Shown here piece by piece: positions 1 through 10,033 of a stretch of 64,000 nucleotides of DNA (the stretch's first letter is position 1; each line of letters starts with the position of its first letter). Source of the stretch: a virus. Lineage: Duplodnaviria > Caudoviricetes. Below the pieces are notes generated by a model. The model saw nothing but the letters and a program-made list of their open reading frames with translations. It made no database searches and was not told the DNA's origin. The DNA lies in IMG/VR virus record IMGVR_UViG_3300032007_000015; one strand, given 5' to 3'. A program made the position numbers and the translations under genes.

Positions 1-1
1 T

Positions 2-508
2 CAAGAATCCGAAGATTCAGATGGTAATAGTGACGATTCAGATTCAACAGAAAGTGAAACTGATAATGAAGATTATACTGATGATGTAGATGCTGGTGAT
101 GATGACTCAGATAATAATTCAAATGATTCTGAGAATCAAAATTCAGATAATTCATCTGATAAAGACCAAAAAGAACGATATAGAAAATATAATCTATTTA
201 AAGATTTTATAAATATGAGAGAAAATATTTCTGCTTATATAACAAGATTAGACAATACAGTTTCTGATAGTATCGAATGTAATAGATTATATAAGGATAT
301 AATAAATCGTTTTAAAAACTTAAATACTTTAGCCTATGATTATATGATTATTAAATTTAATAATGCTACATATTTTGAGTCATTTTTATTTTATCAAAGA
401 ATGAAAGCAGCAATACAATTTAATATTGATTTATTAGGTAAAATAAGAAAAAAAGAAGAAAAGTTATTTAAAAGTAAAAACAATAAAATAAAAAATAAAC
501 TTATATAA
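2..508 (+). CDS. C-terminal part of an acidic (D/E/S/N-rich) protein, 5'-truncated by the window edge
   Basis: The frame of ORF 215..508 stays open back to position 2 (QESEDSDGNSDDSDS...); lies directly upstream of the capsid gene. Confidence 0.75.
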   Translation, partial: QESEDSDGNSDDSDSTESETDNEDYTDDVDAGDDDSDNNSNDSENQNSDNSSDKDQKERYRKYNLFKDFINMRENISAYITRLDNTVSDSIECNRLYKDIINRFKNLNTLAYDYMIIKFNNATYFESFLFYQRMKAAIQFNIDLLGKIRKKEEKLFKSKNNKIKNKLI

Positions 509-549
509 ATAAGTAATTTATTAAATATCTTTTTGATAAATATTAATTT

Positions 550-561
550 AACAGATATTTA
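550..561 (+). promoter_or_regulatory. AR9-type late promoter AACA-N6-TA
   Basis: AACAgatattTA just upstream of the capsid RBS; same motif precedes many structural genes. Confidence 0.6.
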
Positions 562-581
562 AAAAATGTAATAAAGAAAGG

Positions 582-2345
582 ATGGTATATAATATGATAT
601 CGTTTTTAACAGAATCTGGCACAGATTTTAAGGAAACAACTACTGTTGGTGGATTTACCAACGGAATGAATAAAAACAACTTTGATGCTGCATTCGAATC
701 AGCTTGTGACAGTCTTAACCAGTCTGGTCAGGGCTATGATTTTATGAATGATATTAATGCATTACTTAAAAATGATGCAGCTATGGAATCATTTAAAGAT
801 TCTATTCTTTCAGATCTTCAGAGTTATTGTGAAGGAAGAACAATTGAAGATTCAGGTAATTTTGCTACATTATATGAACAGGCTTCTCAGTTATTTGATA
901 ACGTAAAGAATGACCTTGTTACAGAGTCAACAAGAGTTGGCGTTTTATTACCTATTAAGGCTATTGATTTACCATTAGTAGTTAAGAGTCAGCTTAAAGT
1001 TGTTTCAAAAGATATTGTACAGACAGAGGTTACTCAGTCACCAATTATCAAGAAACAGATTGAACAGACATATATTGTTGATCCAAAGTCAAAGAAGAGA
1101 TGGAAATATCCACAGGCATTCTTCAATGATGAGTATAAGGAAATCTTTAAAGCTGGTAAAGGTTTACCAATTAAGGATACAAAAGTTACATTACCACAGT
1201 TTGGTTATGATATTATTGATAATCTTACAGATGCTACAGTTGCATCTAGAGAAGACTTTACAATTGATCTTAGAATTGTAAAAGTATTTATTGATAAAGA
1301 CGTTGAAGTACCTCTTAAAACACCTATTAGGGTTAACCTTGCAGATGGTTCTTTAGTTGGTGGTGTTATTAATACAACAGTAGAAGTTGATGATGAAGGT
1401 GGCTCAAGCGGAAAGAAACAGCAGGAAGTTAAGGATGTTATTTCAGGAAATGTAGATTTTATTTCTAAGACTGTTTCTATTAGTTCAGCTTCAGGTCAGA
1501 TTAAGAAAGTTGTATTTGCAGGAAATCTCAGCAATGAGAAGAATGAAAGAGCCGTAACATTTGATTACGCTAGAGAAGACTTCGAATGGAAAGTAGAAGA
1601 TGGCTTCAGAGCTAATGTTCCTTTCACACTTGAAGAGCTTGAAGATGCTAAAGCATTACTTGATATGGATCTTTATAAGAAGACATATAACAACATCGGT
1701 GAATTATTAATTCAGATGGAAGATTCTCAGGTACTTGATTGGTTAGATGAAGAGTTCGTTAAGTATGATGGTATTGAACTTGATCCACTTGACTTCAACC
1801 CATTCATCGCTAAGAAGACATTTGATTGCGATTCATCAACAGTTACAGTTGCATTACCATATGAATACATCCAGAAGCAGCTTAAATTCACAATTGATAG
1901 ATTTATTACAGCTATGGCTGATAGAGCTAAACTTGAGGATTTAACATTCGTTGTATATGGTAATCCAAAATACATTGCTTTACTTGATCCAGAAGTTAAC
2001 TGGGTTGTAAAGAATGGTGATATGGTTGGTGGTGTTAAATTAAACTACAGCTATGGTATTATGACATCAGGTGATGTTAAAGTACAGGTTGTTTCTGCTT
2101 ACAAAGTAAACAGCAAGAAGCTTAGATTTATCCCATTCCCAACAAATGATACTACATTAACATTCAAGCATTATAAATATTCAACACATATCCTAACAAG
2201 TGCAAATAGTGCTTATCGTTCACCAGATCTCCCAGGTGGTTCAATGACATACATCATGGGAACATCAAGATATAAGAACGTTTCACTTCAGGGTATTCAG
2301 GGTGAGCTTAGCTTCACAAATGCTGAATTTGTAGATCTTGATTAA
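582..2345 (+). CDS. Probable major capsid protein (start possibly 594)
   Basis: 587 aa; codon choices typical of highly expressed genes (ttc, aac, cag, ctt); x-T-E-S processing-like sites near N-terminus; AACA-N6-TA promoter at 550-561; strong terminator at 2381-2420. Confidence 0.65.
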   Translation: MVYNMISFLTESGTDFKETTTVGGFTNGMNKNNFDAAFESACDSLNQSGQGYDFMNDINALLKNDAAMESFKDSILSDLQSYCEGRTIEDSGNFATLYEQASQLFDNVKNDLVTESTRVGVLLPIKAIDLPLVVKSQLKVVSKDIVQTEVTQSPIIKKQIEQTYIVDPKSKKRWKYPQAFFNDEYKEIFKAGKGLPIKDTKVTLPQFGYDIIDNLTDATVASREDFTIDLRIVKVFIDKDVEVPLKTPIRVNLADGSLVGGVINTTVEVDDEGGSSGKKQQEVKDVISGNVDFISKTVSISSASGQIKKVVFAGNLSNEKNERAVTFDYAREDFEWKVEDGFRANVPFTLEELEDAKALLDMDLYKKTYNNIGELLIQMEDSQVLDWLDEEFVKYDGIELDPLDFNPFIAKKTFDCDSSTVTVALPYEYIQKQLKFTIDRFITAMADRAKLEDLTFVVYGNPKYIALLDPEVNWVVKNGDMVGGVKLNYSYGIMTSGDVKVQVVSAYKVNSKKLRFIPFPTNDTTLTFKHYKYSTHILTSANSAYRSPDLPGGSMTYIMGTSRYKNVSLQGIQGELSFTNAEFVDLD

Positions 2346-2380
2346 TTTATAAAATAAATAAATTTAGTTATAAAATTTTA

Positions 2381-2420
2381 AAAAGTAATACGGAATATAA
2401 AATTATTCCGTATTACTTTT
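2381..2420. terminator. Intrinsic terminator (long inverted repeat)
   Basis: aaaagtaatacggaata / tattccgtattactttt. Confidence 0.8.
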
Positions 2421-2479
2421 TTATCTTATTTATTAGCTAAAAACAGTTAAATAAGATAAAAAAGCGAGGTGAAATATAA

Positions 2480-3724
2480 ATGGCTATTGTAATAACTTCA
2501 GAATATAAAAATAAACTTGAAGAGTTATTTGGATATATTCTTGAAAGTAAAGATTTTAGTAAAGTTGATGAAATATCATCAATATTATCTGAATGCTTTG
2601 ATACTAATATAAAAACAGTCATAATTGAAAATAATACAAAAGATTCTTTCTTTGTAATGTCTATTGTACCAGATGAATTTGTTGTTGACAAAATAGCAAC
2701 ATTAATTATGAATGGTTCTAATAAAGATGATTTTGTTAGTGAATTATGGAAAAATTGCGATAATTGGACATTAGAGATTGATTCTAATATATTTGACGAT
2801 AAAATAGTTAATTTGACTGCAGAAGAATTAACTGCTTTAGTTTTACATGAAATCGGACATGTTGTTAATACAAATGCTATACCAACAAAAATAAATAAAG
2901 TTCTAAAATATAAAATTGCAACATCACCTATAACTACTAAGGCAATAATGAGTAATAATAAATTTATTAAATTTTTATACTTACCAATTATAAGTGGATG
3001 TACATTTAATAAAAATAGAGCTTCATTAAAAAATGAACTTAGAGCTGATAATTTTGTTGTAAAGATGGGATATGGAAATCAATTAATTTCTGTTGTTGAT
3101 AAGATATCTAAAATAAATAATTATGAAGATAATTCTATAACTAATGAAATTTCTGATTCATATGATTTTTCTACAAATACAATATCAGATTTGCAAACCA
3201 GAAGAACACAACTTAATAGAATGAAATTTAAAAGATTAATAAATAGATTACCTAATGGTACAAAACTTAAATATAATTTAAATGCATTAGAAAGTTCTTT
3301 GTATGATGTTGCTGCAGATTCAATGCTATCAGTGAATAAAAAAATAAATATGACTTGTGAATCTGTAAATAAAGCAATAGAAGATTATGTTTGTGAAGCA
3401 TTTGGATTCAGAAATAAGAAACTAAAAGAAATTACTCGTACAGAATTAGATTATATTGATGTACAAATTTTAGATATGAAGAATAATGATGATAGAATGC
3501 TAATATTATCATATATTAATAGTAAGCTTGATTTATGTGATTATTATATTACAATTTTAAAAGATAAGAAATTATCTAAAAAATATCAAGTACCTCAATC
3601 ATTATCTTCTTTATTATCAATAAGAAAACGTCTTTTAGATAGTAAAAAGAGAGCATTTCAACAAAAGATTCCTGAGAGAATCGAAGATATACACGTATTT
3701 TATCCTGTAAATTATCAGGGTTAA
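2480..3724 (+). CDS. Putative virion protein with zincin HEXXH motif
   Basis: ALVLHEIGHV plus downstream ELRADNF (third-ligand-like E); AACA-N6-TA at 2442-2453. Confidence 0.55.
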   Translation: MAIVITSEYKNKLEELFGYILESKDFSKVDEISSILSECFDTNIKTVIIENNTKDSFFVMSIVPDEFVVDKIATLIMNGSNKDDFVSELWKNCDNWTLEIDSNIFDDKIVNLTAEELTALVLHEIGHVVNTNAIPTKINKVLKYKIATSPITTKAIMSNNKFIKFLYLPIISGCTFNKNRASLKNELRADNFVVKMGYGNQLISVVDKISKINNYEDNSITNEISDSYDFSTNTISDLQTRRTQLNRMKFKRLINRLPNGTKLKYNLNALESSLYDVAADSMLSVNKKINMTCESVNKAIEDYVCEAFGFRNKKLKEITRTELDYIDVQILDMKNNDDRMLILSYINSKLDLCDYYITILKDKKLSKKYQVPQSLSSLLSIRKRLLDSKKRAFQQKIPERIEDIHVFYPVNYQG

Positions 3725-3725
3725 A

Positions 3726-3765
3726 AAGTAGAGAATATTAGGTCAATTCCTAATATTCTCTACTT
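3726..3765. terminator. Bidirectional terminator hairpin
   Basis: aagtagagaatattagg / cctaatattctctactt between convergent genes. Confidence 0.75.
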
Positions 3766-3935
3766 ACACCTATATAGTGTATCCAACCTTTTTTATTTTC
3801 AAGATATAAAAACCCATTCTCGATTTTTATAACATGATCTCTTTCCCCTATATCCATAAAACCAATAATGAATGAATCGAATTTTGGTTCACTGTATATA
3901 TTTGATAGATATTCATCACATTTTATATTGTACAT
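3750..3935 (-). CDS. Small hypothetical protein
   Basis: 61 aa ORF with AGGAG RBS. Confidence 0.55.
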   Translation of the reverse strand: MYNIKCDEYLSNIYSEPKFDSFIIGFMDIGERDHVIKIENGFLYLENKKGWIHYIGVSREY

Positions 3936-3950
3936 ATGTGTACTCCTATA

Positions 3951-5312
3951 TTATAATTCAAGGTCAGCTTCAATTTCTTCAAAATCAGTATATAATCTAA
4001 ATCCCAAATTTCTATCTTTTTGGATTATTATGAAATGAGATGATTCATCTTCGTTAGTATTAATTGAAATACCTATAGCATCAATGAATCCTTCTAACTG
4101 GAATAACATAAATATTTCATCGTCATATTTCACAAAATATCTGTTATTTCCATCATTTGTTATTAATAGCAAATTTGGTAATTTTAATTCATATGTGATA
4201 AATGTAATATTATTATCTGATAATGTAAACGATAGATTTACATCTTTTTTAATATATTTTTTGATATAATCAGATGTATATTGATTAAATGCTTTTATTA
4301 TATCAAAAGATTCATCTTTACTTAATTTCATATTACCATATAATATAGTATGGTTATAATCTATTACATTTGTTTTCGATTCTTCATTATAGCCTGAATT
4401 AATTGTATTATCTTTATGATTAATCATATATTTAGTAAACTTTTCAAAGTTATCTGATTTTATAGATTTAAATATATCTAATATTTCTATAAAATCAATT
4501 TTCTTATTGATAAGGTCCATATATTTTGCACGTATTAATTCAGTAACTCCTTCACCGTATTTATTTTCAAATATTAAAAATATTAATTCTGGATCAGAAT
4601 GTATATTCATTTCCTGATATAAAATATACACCAATGATGCTAATATATCTATTGATTTATCAATCTCTATTACTATTTTATTTTCCATAATATATCTAAT
4701 CATATCTAATATAATGCAATGGAATGAATAATGAGATTTGTTTTCATTATCAGTTTTTTTATCTAATATAAAATCATTATATGCTTCAACTCCATTTGAT
4801 TTAAATGGAAGAATTTCAAATAATAAAAATGAACTCAATGTACTATAATAAAATGAATTATCATTTTTTATTCTATCTGATATTGATGTAATTGTCATAT
4901 CAGCATATGTAAACAAATCTACTAATTGTTCATATGTATATGCTGTTGTCAATAATATTTTTCTAATACAAGGCAATAATATATTATCATGTACACCGGT
5001 TTTAGTATTAGATATACTATTTAATGAATCAATATATATACTATATTTCTTTCTAATATTTATATTATCCAATGATGATATACATTCTATTCTTCTTTTA
5101 TTGAATCCATTTATATATTTATCAAAATTTATACCACAATTATTATTGTAATATAATTTAGTGCCATTGATATTAAAAATATTTTCAATTATAAAATCCA
5201 TATTTAATTTAATAGCAACTTTTAATGAATTTGGTAAACATTCATAATGATTTAATAAAGGTAATAAATCGTTTGTATGAGTTTTTATTATTTCACTAAA
5301 ATTATTATTCAT
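3951..5312 (-). CDS. Hypothetical protein
   Basis: 453 aa ORF, AAAGGTAGG RBS. Confidence 0.8.
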   Translation of the reverse strand: MNNNFSEIIKTHTNDLLPLLNHYECLPNSLKVAIKLNMDFIIENIFNINGTKLYYNNNCGINFDKYINGFNKRRIECISSLDNINIRKKYSIYIDSLNSISNTKTGVHDNILLPCIRKILLTTAYTYEQLVDLFTYADMTITSISDRIKNDNSFYYSTLSSFLLFEILPFKSNGVEAYNDFILDKKTDNENKSHYSFHCIILDMIRYIMENKIVIEIDKSIDILASLVYILYQEMNIHSDPELIFLIFENKYGEGVTELIRAKYMDLINKKIDFIEILDIFKSIKSDNFEKFTKYMINHKDNTINSGYNEESKTNVIDYNHTILYGNMKLSKDESFDIIKAFNQYTSDYIKKYIKKDVNLSFTLSDNNITFITYELKLPNLLLITNDGNNRYFVKYDDEIFMLFQLEGFIDAIGISINTNEDESSHFIIIQKDRNLGFRLYTDFEEIEADLEL

Positions 5313-5332
5313 TCATTCTAAACCTACCTTTC

Positions 5333-6130
5333 TTATAGCATTACAATTTTATTCGGTTTGCCATTATTATCAATATCTTGTTTCTTTGCTTCTTCTAAAT
5401 ATTTAAAGAATAAATAATGATTTTTATTAGTAATTTTCAAGTAATTAAATGTATTTGAATTAGATTTCATTACATCATCTTTTAACTTTTCTTTCATTTT
5501 ATCAACTGCTTGAATTTTTGGATGATTATTCGGATTATCTCCACCATCTTTAATCTCTATTTCTAAATTAAGTGATGGAATATATACATCAGGAAAATAA
5601 AAATGTTTTTTATTTTCATATATATAATAATACGTATGGGGTGATGGAGTAAATATATCTTCAGGATCCATATCCATTACATTATCAAGAAATTCTAAAA
5701 AACTTTTTTCGTATGAGCCAGTATAGCTAAATTCATGAACTCTATCACTCCATAAGTATGTGCCACTTATTTTTCTTTTAGCTAACATAATTCTTTGTTG
5801 TTCTGGATCATTAAGTAATGTCGTTTGCCCATATTTTCCAACCATTCTTTTCTTAAAAGTTTCAGCATATTTTTTTTTACATTCGGGTGAACCGCAAAAT
5901 CTATTATATTTATTTGTAGATGTATTCCAAGTTGTTGGTTTACCACATATAACACAATTACCGTGTTTTTTACCTGTATTTAAATAAAATATAAATTGTC
6001 GTGCAGTCATATTTGGAATCATCATATCTTTATGTTTGCTTTCCATATGAGAAGCATAATCATCTATATCATAATAAAATTTATCACAATATTTACAATT
6101 AATTCTTCGTTTTCCCATTTTATTTGTCAC
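5333..6130 (-). CDS. Zn-finger + PD-(D/E)xK (TnsA / T4 gp4 head-completion-like) endonuclease
   Basis: CKYC..H...H, CVICG..CGSPEC, SYEKSF, YFPDVYIPSLNLEIEIKDGG; AACA-N6-TA at 6151-6162 (-). Confidence 0.6.
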   Translation of the reverse strand: MTNKMGKRRINCKYCDKFYYDIDDYASHMESKHKDMMIPNMTARQFIFYLNTGKKHGNCVICGKPTTWNTSTNKYNRFCGSPECKKKYAETFKKRMVGKYGQTTLLNDPEQQRIMLAKRKISGTYLWSDRVHEFSYTGSYEKSFLEFLDNVMDMDPEDIFTPSPHTYYYIYENKKHFYFPDVYIPSLNLEIEIKDGGDNPNNHPKIQAVDKMKEKLKDDVMKSNSNTFNYLKITNKNHYLFFKYLEEAKKQDIDNNGKPNKIVML

Positions 6131-6241
6131 CTCTTTCTTTTGAAAACTTTTATTTTATTGTTTTTATATGCTTTATAATTTATTTTTATATTAAACACAT
6201 ATGATTAAGGTAAAAATACTTAAAAGGTAGGTGATTAACGA

Positions 6242-6676
6242 ATGAAATCATTTAACGAACCAATGTTTGGTGTTAATGATTTTAATGAACCAAAAATAAT
6301 AAAAGATTATGATGCAATTGCTGTTGCTGTACTTTTGATTCTTTTTGGTAAACCTGGATGCCATCCATCAATCCCGCAATTAGGTATGAATATTCAACAA
6401 TATTTATATTCTTTTTATGATGAAATTGATGTTAATAGTATTCGAGCATCATTGATATATCAATGTACATTATTATCGTCAACTATTGATAGTAATGGAA
6501 TAGCAGTGTATAAAGAAGTATCAGATGATAAACCGTTATTATTAATCCAAATACCTATAAATTATAGAAAAGATCAAAATCAATTAATCATTGGTGTTAC
6601 AACAAACGCTAATGGTTCTGTAGCTTATAATTATAAAATAATGGCTCAGAGATTTGCAGACAATTTAAATTTATAA
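6242..6676 (+). CDS. Baseplate wedge gp25/GPW-like protein
   Basis: 144 aa; ILFGKPGCHPSIPQLGMNI resembles the gp25 L.T..GE....P.FG motif. Confidence 0.55.
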   Translation: MKSFNEPMFGVNDFNEPKIIKDYDAIAVAVLLILFGKPGCHPSIPQLGMNIQQYLYSFYDEIDVNSIRASLIYQCTLLSSTIDSNGIAVYKEVSDDKPLLLIQIPINYRKDQNQLIIGVTTNANGSVAYNYKIMAQRFADNLNL

Positions 6677-6745
6677 TATCAATTACTAATTTATAACGAA
6701 ATATATAGAAAGGAAAAGTTATATTAAATTATAACAGGAAAAAAT

Positions 6746-8440
6746 ATGACAGATAATAATATTACAAAAAATGAACAAAATACTGTTGATACAGAATCAC
6801 CAGTTGTAAGTACTGATAATTCAATTGATTTAACATCATTTATGTCAGATGTAAATACTAATACTTCAGAAGAAACTTTATCACCTCTTGATAAAGCAGC
6901 AAAAGAATCTCCTAAAATTTTAGGAGAAGTTGGTAATACAGATGAAATTATTAAAGATGCAGGTCCTAAAGTTTTTAAGAATGCTGTATTTAACGAAGAA
7001 CGTGAAGCAGAGTTCAATGAAAAAAATAATGAACTTAAAGATTTGTCTGAACGTGCAAAACATGTTCATATAGTTGTAAAGCCAACCCATCAAATTGAAG
7101 ATGCTGAAATGATGGATGAATTATCAAAACTTATTAAAAATCCAGATGGTACATATAGTTTTCCAGAAGGATATGAAGGAAAGTATGTTGTTCCATATAC
7201 AAAAGAGGAACTTGAAAAGGTTAATAGTGGCGAAAAAGTTGAAGCTATTAATCCTAATATAGTTAATAAATCTACAGAAAACGAAGATTCTGATTCAGAT
7301 GAAGATGATGAAAAACGAGAAATTGTTAAAATCATTATTGATAAAACTGGATTAGGAAACAACATAACGTTTGATGATGAAGAAAATAAATATATTGAAA
7401 AATCAGAAGAAATTCATATTGTAGAAGTTGAAAGTAAAGAATTAGAGACTATTGTATATGATAGAACTGAAGATGGAGATTCATTCTTAGATAATATTGA
7501 TAAATATCAGTTATCTGTATCTAAAACTCCTATGGTATTTCCAGGTTCAGGATTCAAAGCTGATATGACAGGATTATCATATGGTGATTTTGCTGATATT
7601 ACTCTTGATGTTAGTGATGATTCTGAAGATGCATTAGACTTTGATAAAATGTATAAGAAACTCACAGTTATCTATAATAATATGATTAATATTTCTTGTG
7701 GTAAATTTGCTTCATTTACAGAATTCCTTAAGAATTTTGCGTTTATTGATTTACCACTTGCTACATTTGGTTTACTGATTTCAACACAACCAGAAACAGA
7801 TACAGTTGGATTAAAATGTAATAATGAAACTTGTGGAAAGCAGTTTAATTATAAATATAATATAAGAAGTCTTATTGACTTTAATAGTGCTTCCAATAAA
7901 TATCTTGAAGCTGTTAAACAAATAACAACTTGCCCACCAGAAGAATATGTTAATTTACACAATTCATCATTAGTAAGAAGAACAAAGAGTATAAAATTAC
8001 CACATTGTGGATATGTAATCGATTTTGGTCTCGCATCTTGCTATGATTATTTATATGGATTGATTTCAGTTCTTAATGAATATAGAGAAGCTAATATGGG
8101 TGATGATGATATTAGAAATATTCTTATTACACTTGTAACTACTGTTAGAGGAATTCGTATTCCACAAAAAGATGGTAAGTATATTAAATTTACTGATGCA
8201 AAAGATATTATTGAAATTATGGCTAGACAAATTCCGCCACAAGATATGCAAGTTATCTATAATATTCATGGTCAGTTCCTTGAAAGATATGAAATTGAAT
8301 TTAATATAAGAGATATTAAGTGCCCTCATTGTGGAGCTCAAACAAAGTCAATTCCAATGACTCCTGATGAACTGGTTTTTCTCACCCATCAACGTATGTT
8401 GAATACTCCGATAACGCTAGACAATTTTCTAGATTTCTAG
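6746..8440 (+). CDS. Tail/baseplate-hub assembly chaperone-like protein (T4 gp26/gp51-like C-terminal part)
   Basis: Acidic N-terminus; two Cys pairs (CNNETC, CPHCG), the last near the C-terminus; follows the gp25-like gene. Confidence 0.5.
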   Translation: MTDNNITKNEQNTVDTESPVVSTDNSIDLTSFMSDVNTNTSEETLSPLDKAAKESPKILGEVGNTDEIIKDAGPKVFKNAVFNEEREAEFNEKNNELKDLSERAKHVHIVVKPTHQIEDAEMMDELSKLIKNPDGTYSFPEGYEGKYVVPYTKEELEKVNSGEKVEAINPNIVNKSTENEDSDSDEDDEKREIVKIIIDKTGLGNNITFDDEENKYIEKSEEIHIVEVESKELETIVYDRTEDGDSFLDNIDKYQLSVSKTPMVFPGSGFKADMTGLSYGDFADITLDVSDDSEDALDFDKMYKKLTVIYNNMINISCGKFASFTEFLKNFAFIDLPLATFGLLISTQPETDTVGLKCNNETCGKQFNYKYNIRSLIDFNSASNKYLEAVKQITTCPPEEYVNLHNSSLVRRTKSIKLPHCGYVIDFGLASCYDYLYGLISVLNEYREANMGDDDIRNILITLVTTVRGIRIPQKDGKYIKFTDAKDIIEIMARQIPPQDMQVIYNIHGQFLERYEIEFNIRDIKCPHCGAQTKSIPMTPDELVFLTHQRMLNTPITLDNFLDF

Positions 8441-8628
8441 ACGATATATTATCTTTGTTTAAAGGTGAATTATCACTTGATGATATATTGTATAGACTTC
8501 CATATAAACGTTTATATGAATTAAAAGAGTCTAGACAAGAGAAATTGATAAAAGAAAGTAAAGAACTTGAGGCTATGGAAAAAGAGCATGAAAGCGAAAA
8601 TATACGTAATCGTATATTAGCACCTTAG
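8371..8628 (+). CDS. Unannotated -1 frame extension (GT-like) of the chaperone gene
   Basis: 85 open codons (TGFSHPSTYVEYSDNARQFSRFLDDILSLFKGELSLDDILYRLPYKRLYELKESRQEKLIKE...ILAP*), no RBS or early start, opens at slippery G GTT TTT C (8374-8381). Confidence 0.6.
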   Translation, partial: TGFSHPSTYVEYSDNARQFSRFLDDILSLFKGELSLDDILYRLPYKRLYELKESRQEKLIKESKELEAMEKEHESENIRNRILAP

Positions 8629-8671
8629 AATATTTAAATCACGAAATTTTAAATATGAAAGGGAAAATACG

Positions 8672-8980
8672 TTGATGAAAGCATCTTTAAACACATATAT
8701 ATCTAATTTATCAGATAATAAATTAGATATACTAAAAGAAATAATTTTAAATAAATATAAAAAATTCATCAAATTTTATTGGTTAATTAAACCTTATAGC
8801 GATGATATAATTAATATGAAATATAATTTTAGTGATCAAAATACATTAGATACTGAAGTTACATTTAATAAAAATATTGATACTACTATAATAGAATCAG
8901 ATTTGAATGAATCTGATTATATAGTACATTGTGAAATAGAAAAAAATAAAATGAAATTAACTATAATATATGATGAATAA
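8672..8980 (+). CDS. Hypothetical protein
   Basis: 102 aa ORF with AAAGGGA RBS. Confidence 0.65.
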   Translation: MMKASLNTYISNLSDNKLDILKEIILNKYKKFIKFYWLIKPYSDDIINMKYNFSDQNTLDTEVTFNKNIDTTIIESDLNESDYIVHCEIEKNKMKLTIIYDE

Positions 8981-8984
8981 ATAA

Positions 8985-9025
8985 AAAAATACCACACATA
9001 CTAATTTAGTATGTGTGGTATTTTT
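8985..9025. terminator. Bidirectional terminator hairpin
   Basis: aaaaataccacacatactaa / ttagtatgtgtggtattttt. Confidence 0.8.
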
Positions 9026-9030
9026 ATGTA

Positions 9031-9282
9031 TTAAGATTTAGTATTTCTTAATGTTTTGATATTTTCATAACTATTTTTAAGTTCTTCCCTCATCCTATCT
9101 TGATCAGCTCGAACTTCTTCATAAGCGTTACGAATTAGCGTAACCTCATTATCAAGGCTCTGAAATATATCACTATATTCATTTGCTGTTTCAGTTACAC
9201 CTTTATTATAACCAGTGTACTTTCCAGCAACAAATGCTGCTATTGTTCCGCCTAATCCTACTGCTAAAAATGTTTTATTCAT
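9031..9282 (-). CDS. Small membrane-anchored coiled-coil accessory protein (start MNKTFL)
   Basis: AAAGGAG RBS before ATG 9282; N-terminal hydrophobic segment then coiled coil. Confidence 0.7.
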   Translation of the reverse strand: MNKTFLAVGLGGTIAAFVAGKYTGYNKGVTETANEYSDIFQSLDNEVTLIRNAYEEVRADQDRMREELKNSYENIKTLRNTKS

Positions 9283-9300
9283 ATGAACTCCTTTCTTATT

Positions 9301-9326
9301 GCTCGGTTTAATGTCATGAGCTGGAC
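9301..9326 (-). ncRNA. Compact H-type pseudoknot motif, copy A
   Basis: GTC-CA-GCTC-AT-GAC-ATTAAAC-C-GAGC; covaries with copies at 15368, 48630, 63893. Confidence 0.65.
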
Positions 9327-9350
9327 TATTTATTATCTTATACAAGAAGA

Positions 9351-9881
9351 TTATATATCAATATTTTCTATATCTTCTTTAATTATTTTTGTTTCAACAT
9401 GATATATACCAGATATATTAGATTTTCCATCTTTGGATATCTGAACTGTTGATACTATTGGTATGTTTACAGTACATGCTACTTCTGCAATCTCTTTAAT
9501 TAAATTTGAAATATCTTTGTCATATATTGTTTCTAGCATACTAAAGACATCAATAATCATCATATCAACTTTTTTATCTTTAACAGCTAAATCTTTAATT
9601 ATTAAATATAAATCATTAGCATCTAATGATTCAAATGATCCATGATTGGCATTTAAAACCATTAAATTTAGATCATCTGAAATTGATAAATTTGATACAG
9701 TATCTTCAATCCTATTACTTACTTCATCAGTCGTATTTTCATATGTGATATATACAATATTCTGATTTGCAGATTTTGGGCTTTGACTAAAATCTGTAAT
9801 TATTTTTGTAAGAGTATTTAATCTGCTATTTTTACCAAATTGAGTCGGATAAATATACAACCCTGCTGCATATGTTTTCAT
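9351..9881 (-). CDS. Truncated/degenerate DnaB-like (SF4 helicase RecA-fold) protein
   Basis: VYITYEN, MMIIDVFSML, IAEVACTVNIPIVSTVQ resemble SF4 motifs H1a/H2/H3; Walker A degenerate; only 176 aa. Confidence 0.5.
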   Translation of the reverse strand: MKTYAAGLYIYPTQFGKNSRLNTLTKIITDFSQSPKSANQNIVYITYENTTDEVSNRIEDTVSNLSISDDLNLMVLNANHGSFESLDANDLYLIIKDLAVKDKKVDMMIIDVFSMLETIYDKDISNLIKEIAEVACTVNIPIVSTVQISKDGKSNISGIYHVETKIIKEDIENIDI

Positions 9882-10033
9882 AATATTTTTACCTCCTTTT
9901 TGATTTTAATATATATTTTATTAGAAATACTTTTTTTTATTAAGTACATCTAATATCAAAAATATAATATATAAATATTCATCTATTTTTAGTATAGAAA
10001 ACAATACCTTAAATGCTAAAGGAAGGTGATAAA

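Noticed and set aside
5333-6130. Tn7-like transposon (TnsA)
   Set aside because: No TnsB/C or terminal repeats; late promoter and structural context favour a head-completion or free-standing nuclease
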